Source of the DNA: Tubiluchus corallicola
Taxonomy: Eukaryota; Animalia; Priapulida
DNA length: 52,428 nucleotides
Direction: 5' to 3'
Assembly (NCBI GenBank): GCA_030141605.1
Contig: JAQGDQ010001247.1
Span: 1-52,428 of the forward strand
Part shown: piece by piece, positions 37,733 to 52,428 of the stretch
How the letters are laid out: each line of letters starts with the position of its first letter
How positions within the stretch are numbered: position 1 is the stretch's first letter
The notes under the pieces: model-generated
The model's input: only the letters and a program-made list of their open reading frames with translations
Database searches by the model: none
What the model was told of the DNA's origin: nothing
Made by a program: the position numbers and the translations under genes

Positions 37733-38010
37733 GGTAAAATTTTTGTTTTATGTTTAGAGAATTACTCTATTATTTGTTATTTTATTTTTAGAAAACAATT
37801 TCATTGTTTGTTGTCTTACAAACGTTTATTATTACAAACCATTAAATTTTCATCGTTTGCTGTTTATTTTACAAATGAACATTTTCTGTTGTAAGTAAAT
37901 GCAATCATGTAAAGTCTGCAACGTATTCAAGGTTTATGCTTTAGTTTTTATGCTAAAGAAATTATTTTTTTGTGTTTTTAGCGTTTACGTTTGTACTTTT
38001 TAATGTTTGA

Positions 38011-38016
38011 AATAAA
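38011..38016 (+). promoter_or_regulatory. Putative polyadenylation signal of LRR paralog B
   Basis: AATAAA in the same context (ttgaAATAAAttt) as in paralog A. Confidence 0.5.
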
Positions 38017-38097
38017 TTTTAATTAAAAAGTCTAAAATGTTCTAAACGATTATAATCGATTTGGCATTGATTTTTAAAAATATCAATACAACAAAAA

Positions 38098-38710
38098 TCA
38101 TAAGATAAGATAAGGCAAGGCAAGGCAAGGCAAGGCAAGGCAAGGCAAGGCAAGGCAAGGCAAGGCAAGGCAAGGCAAGGCAAGGTAAGGTAAGGTAAGG
38201 TAAGGTAAGATAAGGTAAGATAAGATAAGATAAGATAAGATAATATTTATTTTCATCGGTATGATATAAAACAGTACATATTTGTAAAACATGAGCTTAA
38301 AGCTCGTAAACCGATATCAAACATGATGTATATCAGCGATAACATGGTAATAATATGTACTTCTTAAAATCTTTTGGATGCCACCAGAGGCATTGGTACA
38401 ACAAAACATTTATAACTACATGAAGACAGTAAAAATTTGAGACAGTAAAATTTTCGCAAAAAACTATCTAGGTCAATAAAAATTATTCCTGCCAACATAT
38501 TCAGCATTTAATTACGACTTAACAAAATTGGGAAGTTTGCTGAATTTACAAATGGCACATTTACATGATACACCAGTCCATGAGTTAATTAGACGTTTAA
38601 ATTCCCCAAGATTTTCGGCCATTCGGAGGCAGTTTGGTAATTCATTCCACAATGTGGCTCCGTAATAGGAGAAACTTTTCTTGCCATATGTAACACCATC
38701 ATATGTAAGG
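38098..38710 (-). mobile_element. CR1-group LINE 3' end with (TCTTA/CCTTG)n tail
   Basis: YGKKSFSYYGATLWNELPNCLRMAENLGEFKRLINSWTGVSCKCAIC, then UTR, aaataaa and a pentanucleotide tail at 38100-38242. Confidence 0.75.
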
Positions 38711-38950
38711 TGTTCTGCAGTGTTCATTTTTCTGAGGAAGTAGATGGATTCATGGATAATTTAATGAGAAATTCTACTTTTCTGCTTCCTTATACAACAA
38801 AAATATCGGAAGCCATTACGGGTTTCTTCCTCTTTGATTATGTGAGCAACATGGCACACCTTGAGATGGAAAATAGTAGAAGAGCCGTAACAAAAATACA
38901 AAAAGTGTCTTTGCTACGACCAGCATCACCACCACAGAAATCACAATAAC

Positions 38951-39436
38951 CAGGCTGCATAAGATTATGGATATCCATAAAATAAGACCAAAAATCCATA
39001 AAATGAAATTTGAAAAATCCATAAAATAAGAAATGCATAAAATAAAAAAATTTTTTTGTGATTTTTTGTACAAAATAAGGCAATCAAAACTGAATACAGG
39101 CATTGGGTCGGAAACTTCAGCCTAGAGGGCATTCTACATTCGTACCAAATAGACGAATTATTTGAACTGAAGTGATGAATTACAAGGCATTGTCTCGTAA
39201 AATTTGATTAAATTTGAAGTGATATGAAACCGATAAAATTAAAACTAAGTCCTCCGTGTTTAAAAACACGTTTCAAGCACTCCTGTTTTTACTTTTTAAT
39301 TGATTTCCCCCTGGGCATCTCGTTCCAGATATAGTCTATTTCTTATTTTATTGATATCCATAAAATAAAATTTCAAAAATCCATAAAATAAGCTATTTTA
39401 TTTATTTTATACATATCCATAATCTTATGCACCCTG
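38951..39436. mobile_element. MITE (hAT or P superfamily-like) with subterminal ATCCATAAAAT repeats
   Basis: TIRs CAGGCTGCATAAGATTATGGATAT / ATATCCATAATCTTATGCACCCTG and a perfect 8-bp TSD ACAATAAC. Confidence 0.9.
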
Positions 39437-40149
39437 ACAATAACCTTAGACAACCACAGACTGCATAGATAACAAACAAGTATACACATAAATCATAATT
39501 TTGCTGATATAACCATCAGCTATCTACCGAATTTTTGGATATAAATTATTAATGTGCCGGGAGTGATCCAAATCTTTTTGATTATTAATCTGAGAGCAAT
39601 CAAATAATTCTTTATGTAAAGTGCCTCTTTTGCAAAGGACAAATAAAGATGGAAGAGAAAGACTAATAGGCGCGTTCGAGATGGGGGTCATTATGTCTTA
39701 GACCCTGAATCTTGAAGTTATTTTTAATCAAGAATTCTAGATACCTATAAGTACGAGATTGGTGCTAAAATTGCAGAATGTGCTGTAATTTTCTCATCTC
39801 CATTTGTTGATAAATGCATTTATAATAAGCCTTTTCTTAGCTTCGTTGTGCGCACGCGCAGTTGCTGTAGGTCAAAGGTTAAGTGTACCACACTAAATTC
39901 GTCACGTGACATGTGGGTAGCGCAAAACATTAGTTCAGTACATTCAGTTGTTTTACATGGACTTTACTTAATCATGCATTAGTCTGTGCGTAGAGTGATT
40001 TACTAGCAGGATCTTGCTTAAGAGCAAGAAATAGGCAAGGCTAGCTAGCTGTTAAAACTGTTACTATTACAATAGCTTAGGCTGCGAAGCGTTGTCAAGT
40101 CAACAAAAATACGTTGTCTGGAACAGTTAACCTTTGTCATTTCCACGAT

Positions 40150-40480
40150 CATCATCAATCACTGGAACTGTGAAAAGGCTTATTACATTAGAAAGTTTTA
40201 CCTAACACAACAGAACCAGAAAAGAACACAACATGGTAAATAATTAGTCCAAATCTAAATAATGAAGAACAGCAGCTTTTCTACATTTGTCTCCATTTCT
40301 TCCGTTACAACCTCGTTTATTTATACAAGTTGAATTTTAATCTGTTGTTTTATAGTTTCACTTTGTGACTTTGTATCATTAATGCATGATTTATTCGTCT
40401 TTTTTGGCTTGATTTATAGTTTGATAATGGCTTTAGTAGCCGAAACGATCGTCGCTCATGAGTCATAAGTCATTTATTTC
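40150..40480 (+). mobile_element. Possible Penelope-like element 3'/pLTR remnant
   Basis: Broken RLITLESF...SPNLNNEE (GIY-YIG C-terminus-like), then a T-rich tract, then tTGATAAtggct-ttagt-agccGAAACg (degenerate minimal hammerhead). Confidence 0.35.
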
Positions 40481-41539
40481 ACCTTACACATTTACAATGG
40501 TTACATATACAATATCTAGTGAAAGGGCCTACAATGGATATAATACAAATAAGAAATACTGCACAGGAAAAGCCTCAAACACTGTTCACTTATATACGAA
40601 GGTAAATGTGTTGCGGGCAATCAAAAAGCAGGGCTTGTTAGTTTGTCCCACACAGTGATAGAAAAAACTAATGGAGATAATCTGAAATTTTAAAGTGAGT
40701 CGTGATAAAAAAAACATTGGTGCTTAAAATGGAATGATGTAATGAATGAAGCTCATATATGGGATGATATAAAAGATAGAAAGACTATTATTTGTTAATA
40801 GTATGTAAAATTAAAATAACTTGATTAAACAAACAAGCTCAATAAAGATGTATGATTTAACAGCACTTCTTCCCGCAAAAATTTCAATTCTTATTTAGCC
40901 TTAAGATACATAATGGTTTTCCTTGTCCCTTACTGACCCTTTTGGAGTTAAATGTCGTTTGTTTCCGCATTATTTCAACGCGACTATTTGCGCATGCGCC
41001 GCCAATTGGCTACCCAACTTGTAACATCGCGCAAATTCGTGACCGTGCGGGCATCGAATTAACTGTAATCACAACCCTTGCAACGTGGCCAATTACATGA
41101 CACGAAATCTTTTCTGGCACTAATTGCCATTGCGTTGTGTAATTCACTAGCATTTCTGGTGTTTGCCATTCATTTCTAGTTCAAATAACTCTCACCTACA
41201 CATCCCTCAACCCTCAAACGACGCCATTGTAGGTTCTTTGTTGCCCGGAAATTGTAGTACCCATACAATATGTCAGTAAGTTATGCACTTATTATTACTG
41301 TGTATGAATTGTACTAACACGTTATAAGCATATCAATTTAATGTCATTCGTAACAATTTAGTTTTTATTACAAGCAGTACTAACACTAATACACTGTAGC
41401 ATAGCGCCTATTAAAAATGTTCACTGACCAAAGGGCAGCTGACTAGATGACCAATTGGTCTTTCGCTGCCCTTTCTTCACATTTTTGTTACCAAATTAAT
41501 TCTATTACAACTGTGCGTGTGCTAAAAGATAAATAAAAG

Positions 41540-41622
<83 letters not shown>

Positions 41623-41819
41623 GATAAACATTGTGCGCTTGTTTACCAGTATTGTAAATAGCAAACAAGGAATAATGAATAAAAAACAGCACTAGAGCAA
41701 GTAATCATATAGAAAATGCTTTTTTTGATAAATCATTTCAAGATGGTCCCCACTTATCGTCTGTCATCTTGCTACAAAAACTCATTCGTGATCACCACTT
41801 TCTAAAGAGTAAAAAGTGT

Positions 41820-42300
41820 TGAACACTTTTTGTTGCACTGCCCATTGCATCAACTAGCTAGGGTAGTTATGTTCGATAAACTAAATGAAATACTTCTGCC
41901 CGAAAACCTTAATATAGCTGTCTTAGGAAATAATGATCTGTTGAAGTTGTTATTATTCGGTAAAGATGAATTTAACTATGTTACTAACTGTAAAATATTC
42001 CAATGTATACATGACTTTATATTATGTACTAAACGTTTCCAGTAGTTTCTATCTGATATAAAATGCATCATTCTTAAATAATCGTACATTAATATTTACT
42101 AACCGTCATTTTTTACTAATGTCTAATGTATCACTGTAGTAAAACTTTAGTATACTAAAGTATACTAAAAACTAAGTATAGTCTATTCTTACTGTAAATG
42201 TTCTTGTAAATAGTGTATAAAGTCTGTTGTGGTGAGGGTCCTAAATCATGTTGTACAAACTGCCTGATCCAATCCTATAATAAATTATGTTTAAACTAAA
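41820..42300 (+). mobile_element. Non-LTR retrotransposon 3' end (copy 2)
   Basis: Highly similar to 21700-22144, truncated at nearly the same 5' point. Confidence 0.8.
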
Positions 42301-42444
42301 GAGCACTACGCTGAGCCTTGACGTATTATGATCTCTTCTAACATTTTACTAGAATAGCTAAGAACATATCGAAAAAAAAACAGGCTGCCTTCAACTTTCT
42401 GGAAAACTAATGAAGTTTTGCTCTTCTTTTACAAATTGATATTT

Positions 42445-43505
42445 CGATTTTGGGGCGAATCTCCTGAAAGCCTCGTTCCCATTACAAACTTTCGTAAGTA
42501 ATCATTCGCTGAATACCAGGCCATACGATATGCAGTGGTCAAATATCAACTAATGAGGAGGTTCTAGATCTTAGCGGGTACCTATTTGGGGCGTACCTCC
42601 TGAAAACCTCGCTCCCATTACAAATGGGTCGTCATTCGTGGAATACCAGACTCATACTTAGGATATGTAATGGTCAAATATCGACTAATGAAGAGCTTAT
42701 AAATCTTTGGATGTACCTATTTGGGGCGTACCTCCTGAAAACCCCACTCCCATTACAAATGGGTCGTCATTCGTGGAATACCAGACTCATACGTAGGATA
42801 TGTAATGGTCAAATATCGACTAATGAAGAGCTTATAAATCTTTGGATGTACCTATTTGGGGCGTACCTCCTGAAAACCCCACTCCCATTACAAATGGGTC
42901 GTCATTCATGGAATACCAGACTCATACGTAGGATATGTAATGGTCAAATATCAACTAATGAGGCGGTTATAGATCTTTGGATGTACCTATTTGGGGCGTA
43001 CCTCCTGAAAGCCCCGCTTCCATTACAAATGGGTCGTCATTCGTGGAATGCCAGACTCATACGTAGGATATGTAATGGTCAAATATCAACTAATGAGGAG
43101 GTTCTAGATCTTAGCGGGTACCTATTTGGGGCGTACCTCCTGAAAACCTCGCTCCCATTACAAATGGGTCGTCATTCATGGAATACCAGACTCATACGTA
43201 GGATATGTAATGGTCAAATATCGACTAATGAAGAGCTTATAAATCTTTGGATGTACCTATTTGGGGCGTACCTCCTGAAAGCCCCGCTTCCATTACAAAT
43301 GGGTCGTCATTCGTGGAATACCAGACTCATACGTAGGATATGTAATGGTCAAATATCAACTAATGAGGCGGTTATAGATCTTTGGATGTACCTATTTGGG
43401 GCGTACCTCCTGAAAGCCACACTCCCATCACAAATGGGTGGTCATTCGTGGAATGCCAGACTCATACGTAGGATATGTAATGGTCAAATATAAACTAATG
43501 AGGAG
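42445..43505. repeat. 129-bp minisatellite x~8
   Basis: 43-aa periodicity in ORF 42624-43493 reflects the 129-bp unit. Confidence 0.95.
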
Positions 43506-44654
43506 ATTATCTCATCCCGGGCTGTTGAAACACAACTCCTGCGTACTTTCACTGATAGAAATAATTTATACAGACGGAAATTCTCACAGTTTTCGGGTTT
43601 TTAATGCGCAATATTTGCGCGCCATGTTTTCTATTTCAGTCTCAACAAACTGCTGTGATATTACAATTCATCTGACTGAAAAGCGCGGATTTGTGCTCGC
43701 AGAAGAAGAAGAAAGTTATCTCACCCCGCATCTTCTGATGATGAAGAATGAATGTATGGTGATTAATGATCGCAAGTACAACGTGAAAAGCTCAAGTAAA
43801 GAGCTTCTCTGGTGAATACTAATCGTTCAGAGTATTTGCAGCGTCCATCCGCATTGGCGAAATTGATATGTCAAGCGAGAATATAGCTGCTGGTGTTGTC
43901 TGTCCGCTTGTTTGTCTATCTGTCTATCAATATCTTGTAGCAGACGGGAAACTGATAATTCTAGTACCGTCGATCCGAGTAAGTTTATTTAACTTGAAAT
44001 CTGCTGTGACAAATCTATGGAGAAAAAGGCATGATTGTCGACATGAAAGGTCAAAGGTCAAATTTGTAGCAAATTGGTCTTTCGTACATGTGAAACCGTA
44101 TCTAGAATACAGTATCAGCTCCTGCGAAATTGGATAACTTAATAAATAACATGCGAACAAAATACACGAAAGGCAAAGACAAAATCATAATGAATCACAT
44201 GCGTATATGTTTGTTTGCGAACCGTTCGCCTGTTTGTTGTTAATTTGTTAATGTAAGTTATAAGTTAATGTCCTAGCTAACGGGCACGAATATAAATACG
44301 GAAGTTCAAAGGTCAACGTCACAAAATTTTTTAACTGTATATTTTCTTTACTTGTTTGTTTATGAAGCCAGATTAGTATGTAAAAAAGCAGAAGCTAGCA
44401 ACACCAAACCAGGCAGTATTCTCTTTATCAGACACCCGTCGTAAAAATAAAAGATTAAGGTCACGGTTCAAGGTCACTGGGCTGGTAATCAAAGTCTGGG
44501 ACTATGAGCGTTTCAGTCGCTATTAGTCATTTCACAAACTGCTAAGCTTACAACACAGAACTACTGAAATATTGATGCAGTAATAAAACAATCGTAAGGC
44601 AGTGGTAGCATTTATAAATTTTTGATTAATCACATGCAATTATGTGACAGAACA

Positions 44655-45120
44655 CTCGAAGATGTCCGCCATTGTCAACCATACCGTTAAACGCATGTTT
44701 GATGCAGTTAGCGACCCTATCACTTTTTCCATTTTTAGTCTGTCATATTGCAAAAAAAAATTGTTTTAGGCTGGCTTATATTACAAAGTTCAATAAGAAA
44801 TCTTCAACATTCGAAGATGTCCGCCATTGCCAACCATCCCGCTAAACGCATGTGTGATGCAGCTAGCGAGCTTATCACTTTTTCCATTTTTAGTCCGTCA
44901 TATTGCAAAAAGAAAATTGTTTTAGCCTGGCTTATATTACAAAGTTCAATAAGAAATCTTCAACATTCGAAGATGTCCGCCATTGCCAACCATCCCGCTA
45001 AACGCATGTGTGATGCAGCTAGCGAGCTTATCACTTTTTCCATTTTTAGTCTGTCATATTGCAAAAAGAAAATTGTTTTAGGCTGGCTTATATTACAAAG
45101 TTCAATAAGAAATCTTCAGC
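44655..45120. repeat. ~156-bp tandem repeat x3
   Basis: tcgaagatgtccgccattg recurs at ~44657, 44811 and 44967. Confidence 0.9.
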
Positions 45121-45649
45121 ACTTTGCTGCTTCCTGCCTTGCAACTCTCTTTACATGCAAATAGAGTGACTGAAATTGTTTCTATGCTTTGACGGTGCGT
45201 CCCTGTATGAGTAATTTCCGCTCAAGACTCCTATAAAATTCTCCCCCATTTCAATATGTTGTACAAAGATATTTGTCCACAGCATACAACTTATCAGGTC
45301 AGAATCAATAGGCGAACGTGGAATCAAGAGTCTACAGTTACCGATCAAAGATGAAAAGAGAAAGCGAAAAACTGGAAAATTCACGGAAGCATTTTGATAA
45401 ATAATTCAGCTGCTGCCTTGTAGCTATAGAGGCTTAAGCCTTGTTCACACGTGCATGCCGGTAACGGCGATTTCACTGTAGGTCTATTAATAAATGAATG
45501 CTTTCAAGCACATCGGGTTAGGCATCTAAATCCGAGTTGTACGGCAATTTAGCGGTTGCATAATGACTATCGTGTCGTACTGGTGACCGAAAATAAAGTC
45601 GACAGAAGAAAAGTCACAGGAAAAGGAATTTTGCCTGTTCACTTCTAAA

Positions 45650-46592
45650 TGTCCAGTTCTATAACCTGTCCAATTCTCTACCTGTCCAATTCTCTACCTG
45701 TCCAATTCTCTACCTGTCCAATTCTCTACCTGTCCAATTCTATAACCTGTCTAATTCTCTACCTGTCCAATTCTATAACCTGTCCAATTCTCTACCTGTC
45801 CAATTCTCTACCTGTCCAATTCTCTACCTGTCCAATTCTCTACCTGTCCAATTCTCTACCTGTCCAATTCTCTACCTGTCCAATTCTATAACCTGTCCAC
45901 TTCTCTACCTGTCCAATTCTCTACCTGTCCAATTCTCTACCTGTCCAATTCTCTACCTGTCCAATTCTATAACCTGTCCAATTCTCTACCTGTCCAATTC
46001 TCTACCTGTCCAATTCTCTACCTGTCCAATTCTCTACCTGTCTAATTCTATAACCTGTCTAATTCTATAACCTGTCCAATTCTCTACCTGTCCAATTCTC
46101 TACCTGTCCAATTCTCTACCTGTCCAATTCTATAACCTGTCCAATTCTCTACCTGTCCAATTCTATAACCTGTCCAATTCTCTACCTGTCCAATTCTATA
46201 ACCTGTCAATTTCTCTACCTGTCTAATTCTCTACCTGTCCAATTCTATAACCTGTTCAATTCTCTACCTGTCCAATTCTATAACCTGTCCAATTCTCTAC
46301 CTGTCCAATTCTATAACCTGTCCAATTCTATAACCTGTCCAATTCTATAACCTGTCCAATTCTCTACCTGTCCAATTCTATAACCTGTCCAATTCTCTAC
46401 CTGTCCAATTCTATAACCTGTCCAATTCTCTACCTGTCCAATTCTCTACCTGTCCAATTCTATAACCTGTCCAATTCTCTACCTGTCCAATTCTATAACC
46501 TGTCTAATTCTCTACCTGTCCAATTCTATAACCTGTCTAATTCTCTACCTGTCCAATTCTATAACCTGTCTAATTCTCTACCTGTCCAATTT
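45650..46592. repeat. 16/17-bp minisatellite (acctgtccaattctct / acctgtccaattctata)
   Basis: Directly visible. Confidence 0.95.
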
Positions 46593-47429
46593 TATTACAA
46601 TGGACATATGATCAGTGGTACATTCAAGGGATTACGCAGGGTGACAGAATTGTCCACCTCAAGCTTCATTGTCATACAATTACCGACAATTACAGCTGCA
46701 TGATACTTACTCCACCTACATTTTTAGCACTAGAAGCCTATGATGATGATGATGATGACGATGATGATGATGATGATGGCGATGACGATACGATGACAAT
46801 GGTAATGGCGATGACGTCGATGGGGATGACGACGATGATGATGAGATGATGATGACGATGACGACGACAACGACGACGACGATGATCATGATTTCGAAAA
46901 CATTTCCGCTATCACTATTAATGCTTACGCCTCGTGTACATCGCTAAGGATTAAACTACTTCGTTCCTGTAACACAACACGCAAATCAATTTACGTAATG
47001 CCTGAGCTAGTCACTAACGCACGCGCCTTCCCCTTCCCCTCGCCGCTACACTTGGTTTCATCGTCATCATCATCATCATTATCCTGATTAGAAGTTTATC
47101 TTTGTACGTTCATTGGATGCCTTTGTAGGCGGGTTCTTTCACTAATAAGCTACAGGCTGCTGGGTAATCAACTTTGTTCACGGAATTCTTGCTCGGCGAA
47201 GCTTTTGATGTGGCTTCTCAGACGTGTTTAGTAGCAAATTTGCGTTTCCCCGCGAGAAGCAAAAGACGCTTTAAAGTGTTGAAAATACTCACAGATAAAC
47301 TGCCGAGAAAAATTAAATAAATGTACGGATAAAGATGGGTTCACATTTTTTCACATGGTGTAGTGTAATTAAAGATAGAGAGTGCAAACAAAGATGGGGG
47401 TTGAAGCGGTTTGTCGTAGAGTTAGGGGG

Positions 47430-48010
<581 letters not shown>

Positions 48011-48569
48011 AACACGGAGCTTAATCGTTTTGAAGTAAAGTTAGAGATAAAGATGGAGTTAAGGTAGAGATAATCACGAGGTTTATATGTTTTCAAGTAA
48101 AGTTCAAGATAAGATACTAATTGGATTAGGTCAAGGTAGAAGTTAGGTCAGTCATTTGTGAGATTTCAGATTAAGACCTTTTATAGGATTTATGTTGTTT
48201 CAAATGTGCTAAGTTGACTTCATGGGACCTTGAAGTTAACTTTAACCGATTTTGGCATAGAGCAGCACTCGAGTTAGTAGGTTTGTCTATTAAAAAAACT
48301 TAATGACCTTGGATAAAAATTTACAAGGTCATGCGCATGCAGAAATGCTTGAAAGTATGGCTTCTGTGAGAGAAATGTATCTACAGTTCCTCTAACAATA
48401 TGGATAATGATAGTATATCGCCTATACTAATCCAGCATATATTTTGCCTTCATACATAACGTGTCAAAGAGCTTTTAATTATTAATGGTCTACCCAGCTG
48501 ATGTACACAACCTTTACTGACAGGAGTTTGGAAGACCATAGTGTAGTACCTTGGAAAAAAGAAATTAGC

Positions 48570-48616
<47 letters not shown>

Positions 48617-48632
48617 TTATACTATATATATA

Positions 48633-48671
<39 letters not shown>

Positions 48672-48715
48672 TATATTAATAATAATATGTATACATATAT
48701 AATATATATTATATT

Positions 48716-49100
48716 AATTCTTTATTTGTCATTAAAATGGTTCACTCATTATAATAAAATTGAGTAAGCCTCAGCGTAATGCTAAAATAACAACACTGTT
48801 CAAGACAAATGCGTCCAGTGCAGACTAAAAAAAAACTAAAGTGCAAAACTAAGGCCTAATTATATACAATAAATGAACATATTTACAAACACCATATTAA
48901 AATATTTTTACAAAACAATATTACAAAAATACATTAAATTTTACATGACATATTTTACACTATATATACATTTGACATGACACAATTAACAGAAACATGC
49001 TTTACATTACATAAATTTCACTCATTACATTTATACTATTTATACATTTGACATTACAAAACTAACATAACACATATTAGATTACATAATTTTTTTAAAT
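48716..49100 (-). mobile_element. Same LINE 3'UTR, copy 3
   Basis: Near-identical to 27292-27665 and adjacent to (TA)n. Confidence 0.8.
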
Positions 49101-49425
49101 TTTTACATTTTAAATAATAATAGTTAAATAATTTACTAATTATTTCAATGAAGCACAATAATTGATTCAAACGGTAGGCCTATCGCCAGTTTGTAAAGAA
49201 GTTTATTTAACAAGATTTCCGGCATTGCTTACAATGGCTTCAACGTGGTGTGAGTTTTAGTTTTCCGTGTAACTCGACGCGAATTAGAGCACTTGAACAG
49301 TAACGTGGGAAAAGTTAACATATTGACTTAATACAAAGAAAACTAAACACCAGAGGGCGCGACGAGACGATGAAAAACAGTGGCTATTCAAACGCGAAGT
49401 TAACAAATGACGCTGTTACTTCAGC

Positions 49426-50152
<727 letters not shown>

Positions 50153-51610
50153 CTTCAGCAGTCCCCGAAGCCGAGTTATAAAATGTGGTAACTAGACCAG
50201 TAGCCCAGTTCCATCAGGCGATAGATCGCCGCTTATTCAAGTATAAAACTAGCAATAATTTTAATAGTGATTAAATAAATCAGCCATGTTTTTCCCTCTT
50301 TGGTAGCCACCCCCTCTTTGTTATTTATCGCAATACCGCTTTGAAATTGCCTTTTTAGGAGCCCATTAACTGTACAGTAAGCCAACAAGCGTCCTTGGCA
50401 ACGTGCAATAATACAGATAAGGATTACTCAAACAATGATATTTACGAAAGGTCAGTAGGCCCGCTACTCCATACAGACCACGCTGTGTACATAATTATAC
50501 AGAGAGAGAAGCCAAATAAAATATCCTCCCCGCCTGCAATGTCTATTAAATAATGCAAGGTGTGCAGCTATCAGAGTGGAAGCCAAACCTGTAGGTGGCA
50601 AGTCCAGTCTAATGGCTTCTAGATGAGCTCAGTAGCAATTTACACCTGCCTGGAATTGGCTTACCACAATAGAACGCAACATCCAAATAAATTCTAGACG
50701 TCATTCAGCGCGTCATGCGTATTTTACGTGAGTGTCTTATTTCGCGCGATACGCCGCTTAGTGCAGGCTATCAGAATTGATGAAAAAGAGAAAATGGTGT
50801 TAATTACTAGTCCTGGATCCGCCCCTAATTGCTGGCCGTACGGTAATATTATTCCTGCCCATGTTTCTATAATGGCGTATCGTAGCAATTACGATCCAGC
50901 GACGCGAGGCTATTCACCATTTTCTATCTCACGTTGCTCAAATTGACGACGATGGCAATCATTATGACGATGATGATGGCGATGACAATGACGATGATGA
51001 TGATAGCGATGACAATGACGATGATGATGGTGGCGAGCAAAATAAAATGAGACTGAATAAAGTCGAGAGATGATTCTATTCTTTAGTGGAGCTGTTAGAG
51101 TGTTACAGTTAACAAGACACTAAGAAAATGGTCCGCAAAATGATAGGTCAACTAGTTTGGTTTTATCAAAACACTTTTAATGTTTCAAAGAGTTACTGTG
51201 CAGGGTTTCCAATATGATGCAACGTCGATTAGATTGCTTTATTTTCATCTCCAAAAATACATATAAATTTGTATACGTACATTTTCATAAATAAAAATGA
51301 CAAAATTAAAGAAAAAAAAGTAAAAAAAAAGGAATTTAAGATAGGAGAAAGGGTGTTGAATTAGTTATCGAGTCAACCACCCTTATTTAGTAAAGATCAA
51401 TTTTTAGACGTCACACGGTCACAGCGACATAGTACTGTTTAGTGGTGGCAATCAATTATCACTTATAGATGGAAAATCGATTTTTTTCCATTGATTTTCG
51501 CACAAATACAACACAAAGTGAATTTTTTGCGTCTATTATTCCATCGATAAAATAAATGATTATCACCACGGGAAATCGATACGGTCTGAGCATCGAAATC
51601 GAAATCTATG

Positions 51611-51765
51611 TGTTATTTCCGGGATTTTTACTGAAACCTACTTCAGGTACTCCTGTTATTTCCGGGATTTTTTCTGAAACCTACTTCAGGTATTCCTGTT
51701 ATTTCCGGGATTTTTTCTCAAACCTACTTCAGGTACTCCTGTTATTTCCGGGATTTTTTCTGGAA

Positions 51766-51768
<3 letters not shown>
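51611..51768. repeat. 43-bp tandem repeat x~3.5
   Basis: Unit tgttatttccgggattttttctgaaacctacttcaggtactcc. Confidence 0.9.
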
Positions 51769-51801
<33 letters not shown>

Positions 51802-51947
51802 TTGTACTGTTATTTTATTTATTTATGTATTAATTTGCATGTGTTGAGAGGAGGTGTTATAATTATTGTATGTCTTGTAATTATTGTACGTTATGTGTTC
51901 TATGAACCTGGTTCGAAATAAAGAGTTAAATCAAAATCAAATCAAAT

Positions 51948-52069
51948 CTCTCTCTCTCTCGTAAATTGCGAATTTTATTTTTCTCGTATTTATTTTTTAT
52001 TTTTCTATTTCATTTGGCGCAACCAAATTCACTTCGCCTAGGGCCTCCAATTACCTAAGGCCGGCCCTG
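51948..52069. mobile_element. Right end of the same MITE family
   Basis: (CT)n-gtaaattgcg...ccaaattcacttcgcctagggcctccaattacctaaggccggccctg matches 50055-50152. Confidence 0.8.
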
Positions 52070-52428
52070 CTGCATTGGATCATAACAAATAAAACTACAA
52101 AAATTTGCTTGTCTAAACCGAGAAAAATGAACGCCACTGATGTGACGTCACTGTCACGTGATTTACGGTCGATCAAAACATTCAAAACACTCAGCCGCTC
52201 TCAGTAAGAAAAAACTCTCGCTAAATTACTTAATTACATTATTAATGAAAGCACATAAAATCATGAGCGTTTTATGGTGTTGCACAAGCGATGCTGTAGC
52301 CAGCTCAGTTTTAACGTAGCTGCTTTTTTACTTCCGCTTCAGTGAGAAAGTCAGTGATAAAACGGTCGTGGAAAAACGCAGAAATTACTGCAGGAAGATT
52401 TGCATCGTAGCAATATTAAGGCAAGCAC

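Noticed and set aside
42550-42610. Hammerhead-like CTAATGA-GGAGGT...ACCTCC-T-GAAA in the 129-bp satellite (retrozyme idea)
   Set aside because: The essential core G is replaced, there is an extra base before GAAA, and the pairing is absent in most units.
42624-43493. 289-aa repetitive ORF
   Set aside because: Translation of a 129-bp minisatellite with no protein-like signature or splice support.

Overview
AT-rich, repeat-dense eukaryotic genomic DNA from an invertebrate animal; from memory, the 5S-derived sequence looks lophotrochozoan-like. Almost all long ORFs in the track are microsatellite or minisatellite artefacts. The best-supported genes are a tandem pair of two-exon paralogs on the + strand (31235-33436, 270 aa; 35581-37732, 269 aa). 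Each encodes a secreted leucine-rich-repeat-like protein with a signal peptide, a 6-Cys N-terminal cap, about 6 degenerate LRR beta-strands, an LRRCT-like cap and no TM segment. Their differences cluster on the predicted ligand-binding strands. The intron of the second paralog contains an inverted copy of its own last exon and 3'UTR. Three phase-compatible small exons on the - strand (14083-10651) suggest the 3' end of another, unidentified gene. Mobile elements include a 5S-rRNA-headed SINE family (one copy with an 18-bp TSD), a tRNA/Meta-like SINE, several hAT-like MITEs with TIRs and TSDs, many 5'-truncated LINE 3' ends, a possible Penelope remnant, and about 10 minisatellite arrays. All alignments and counts were done by eye.
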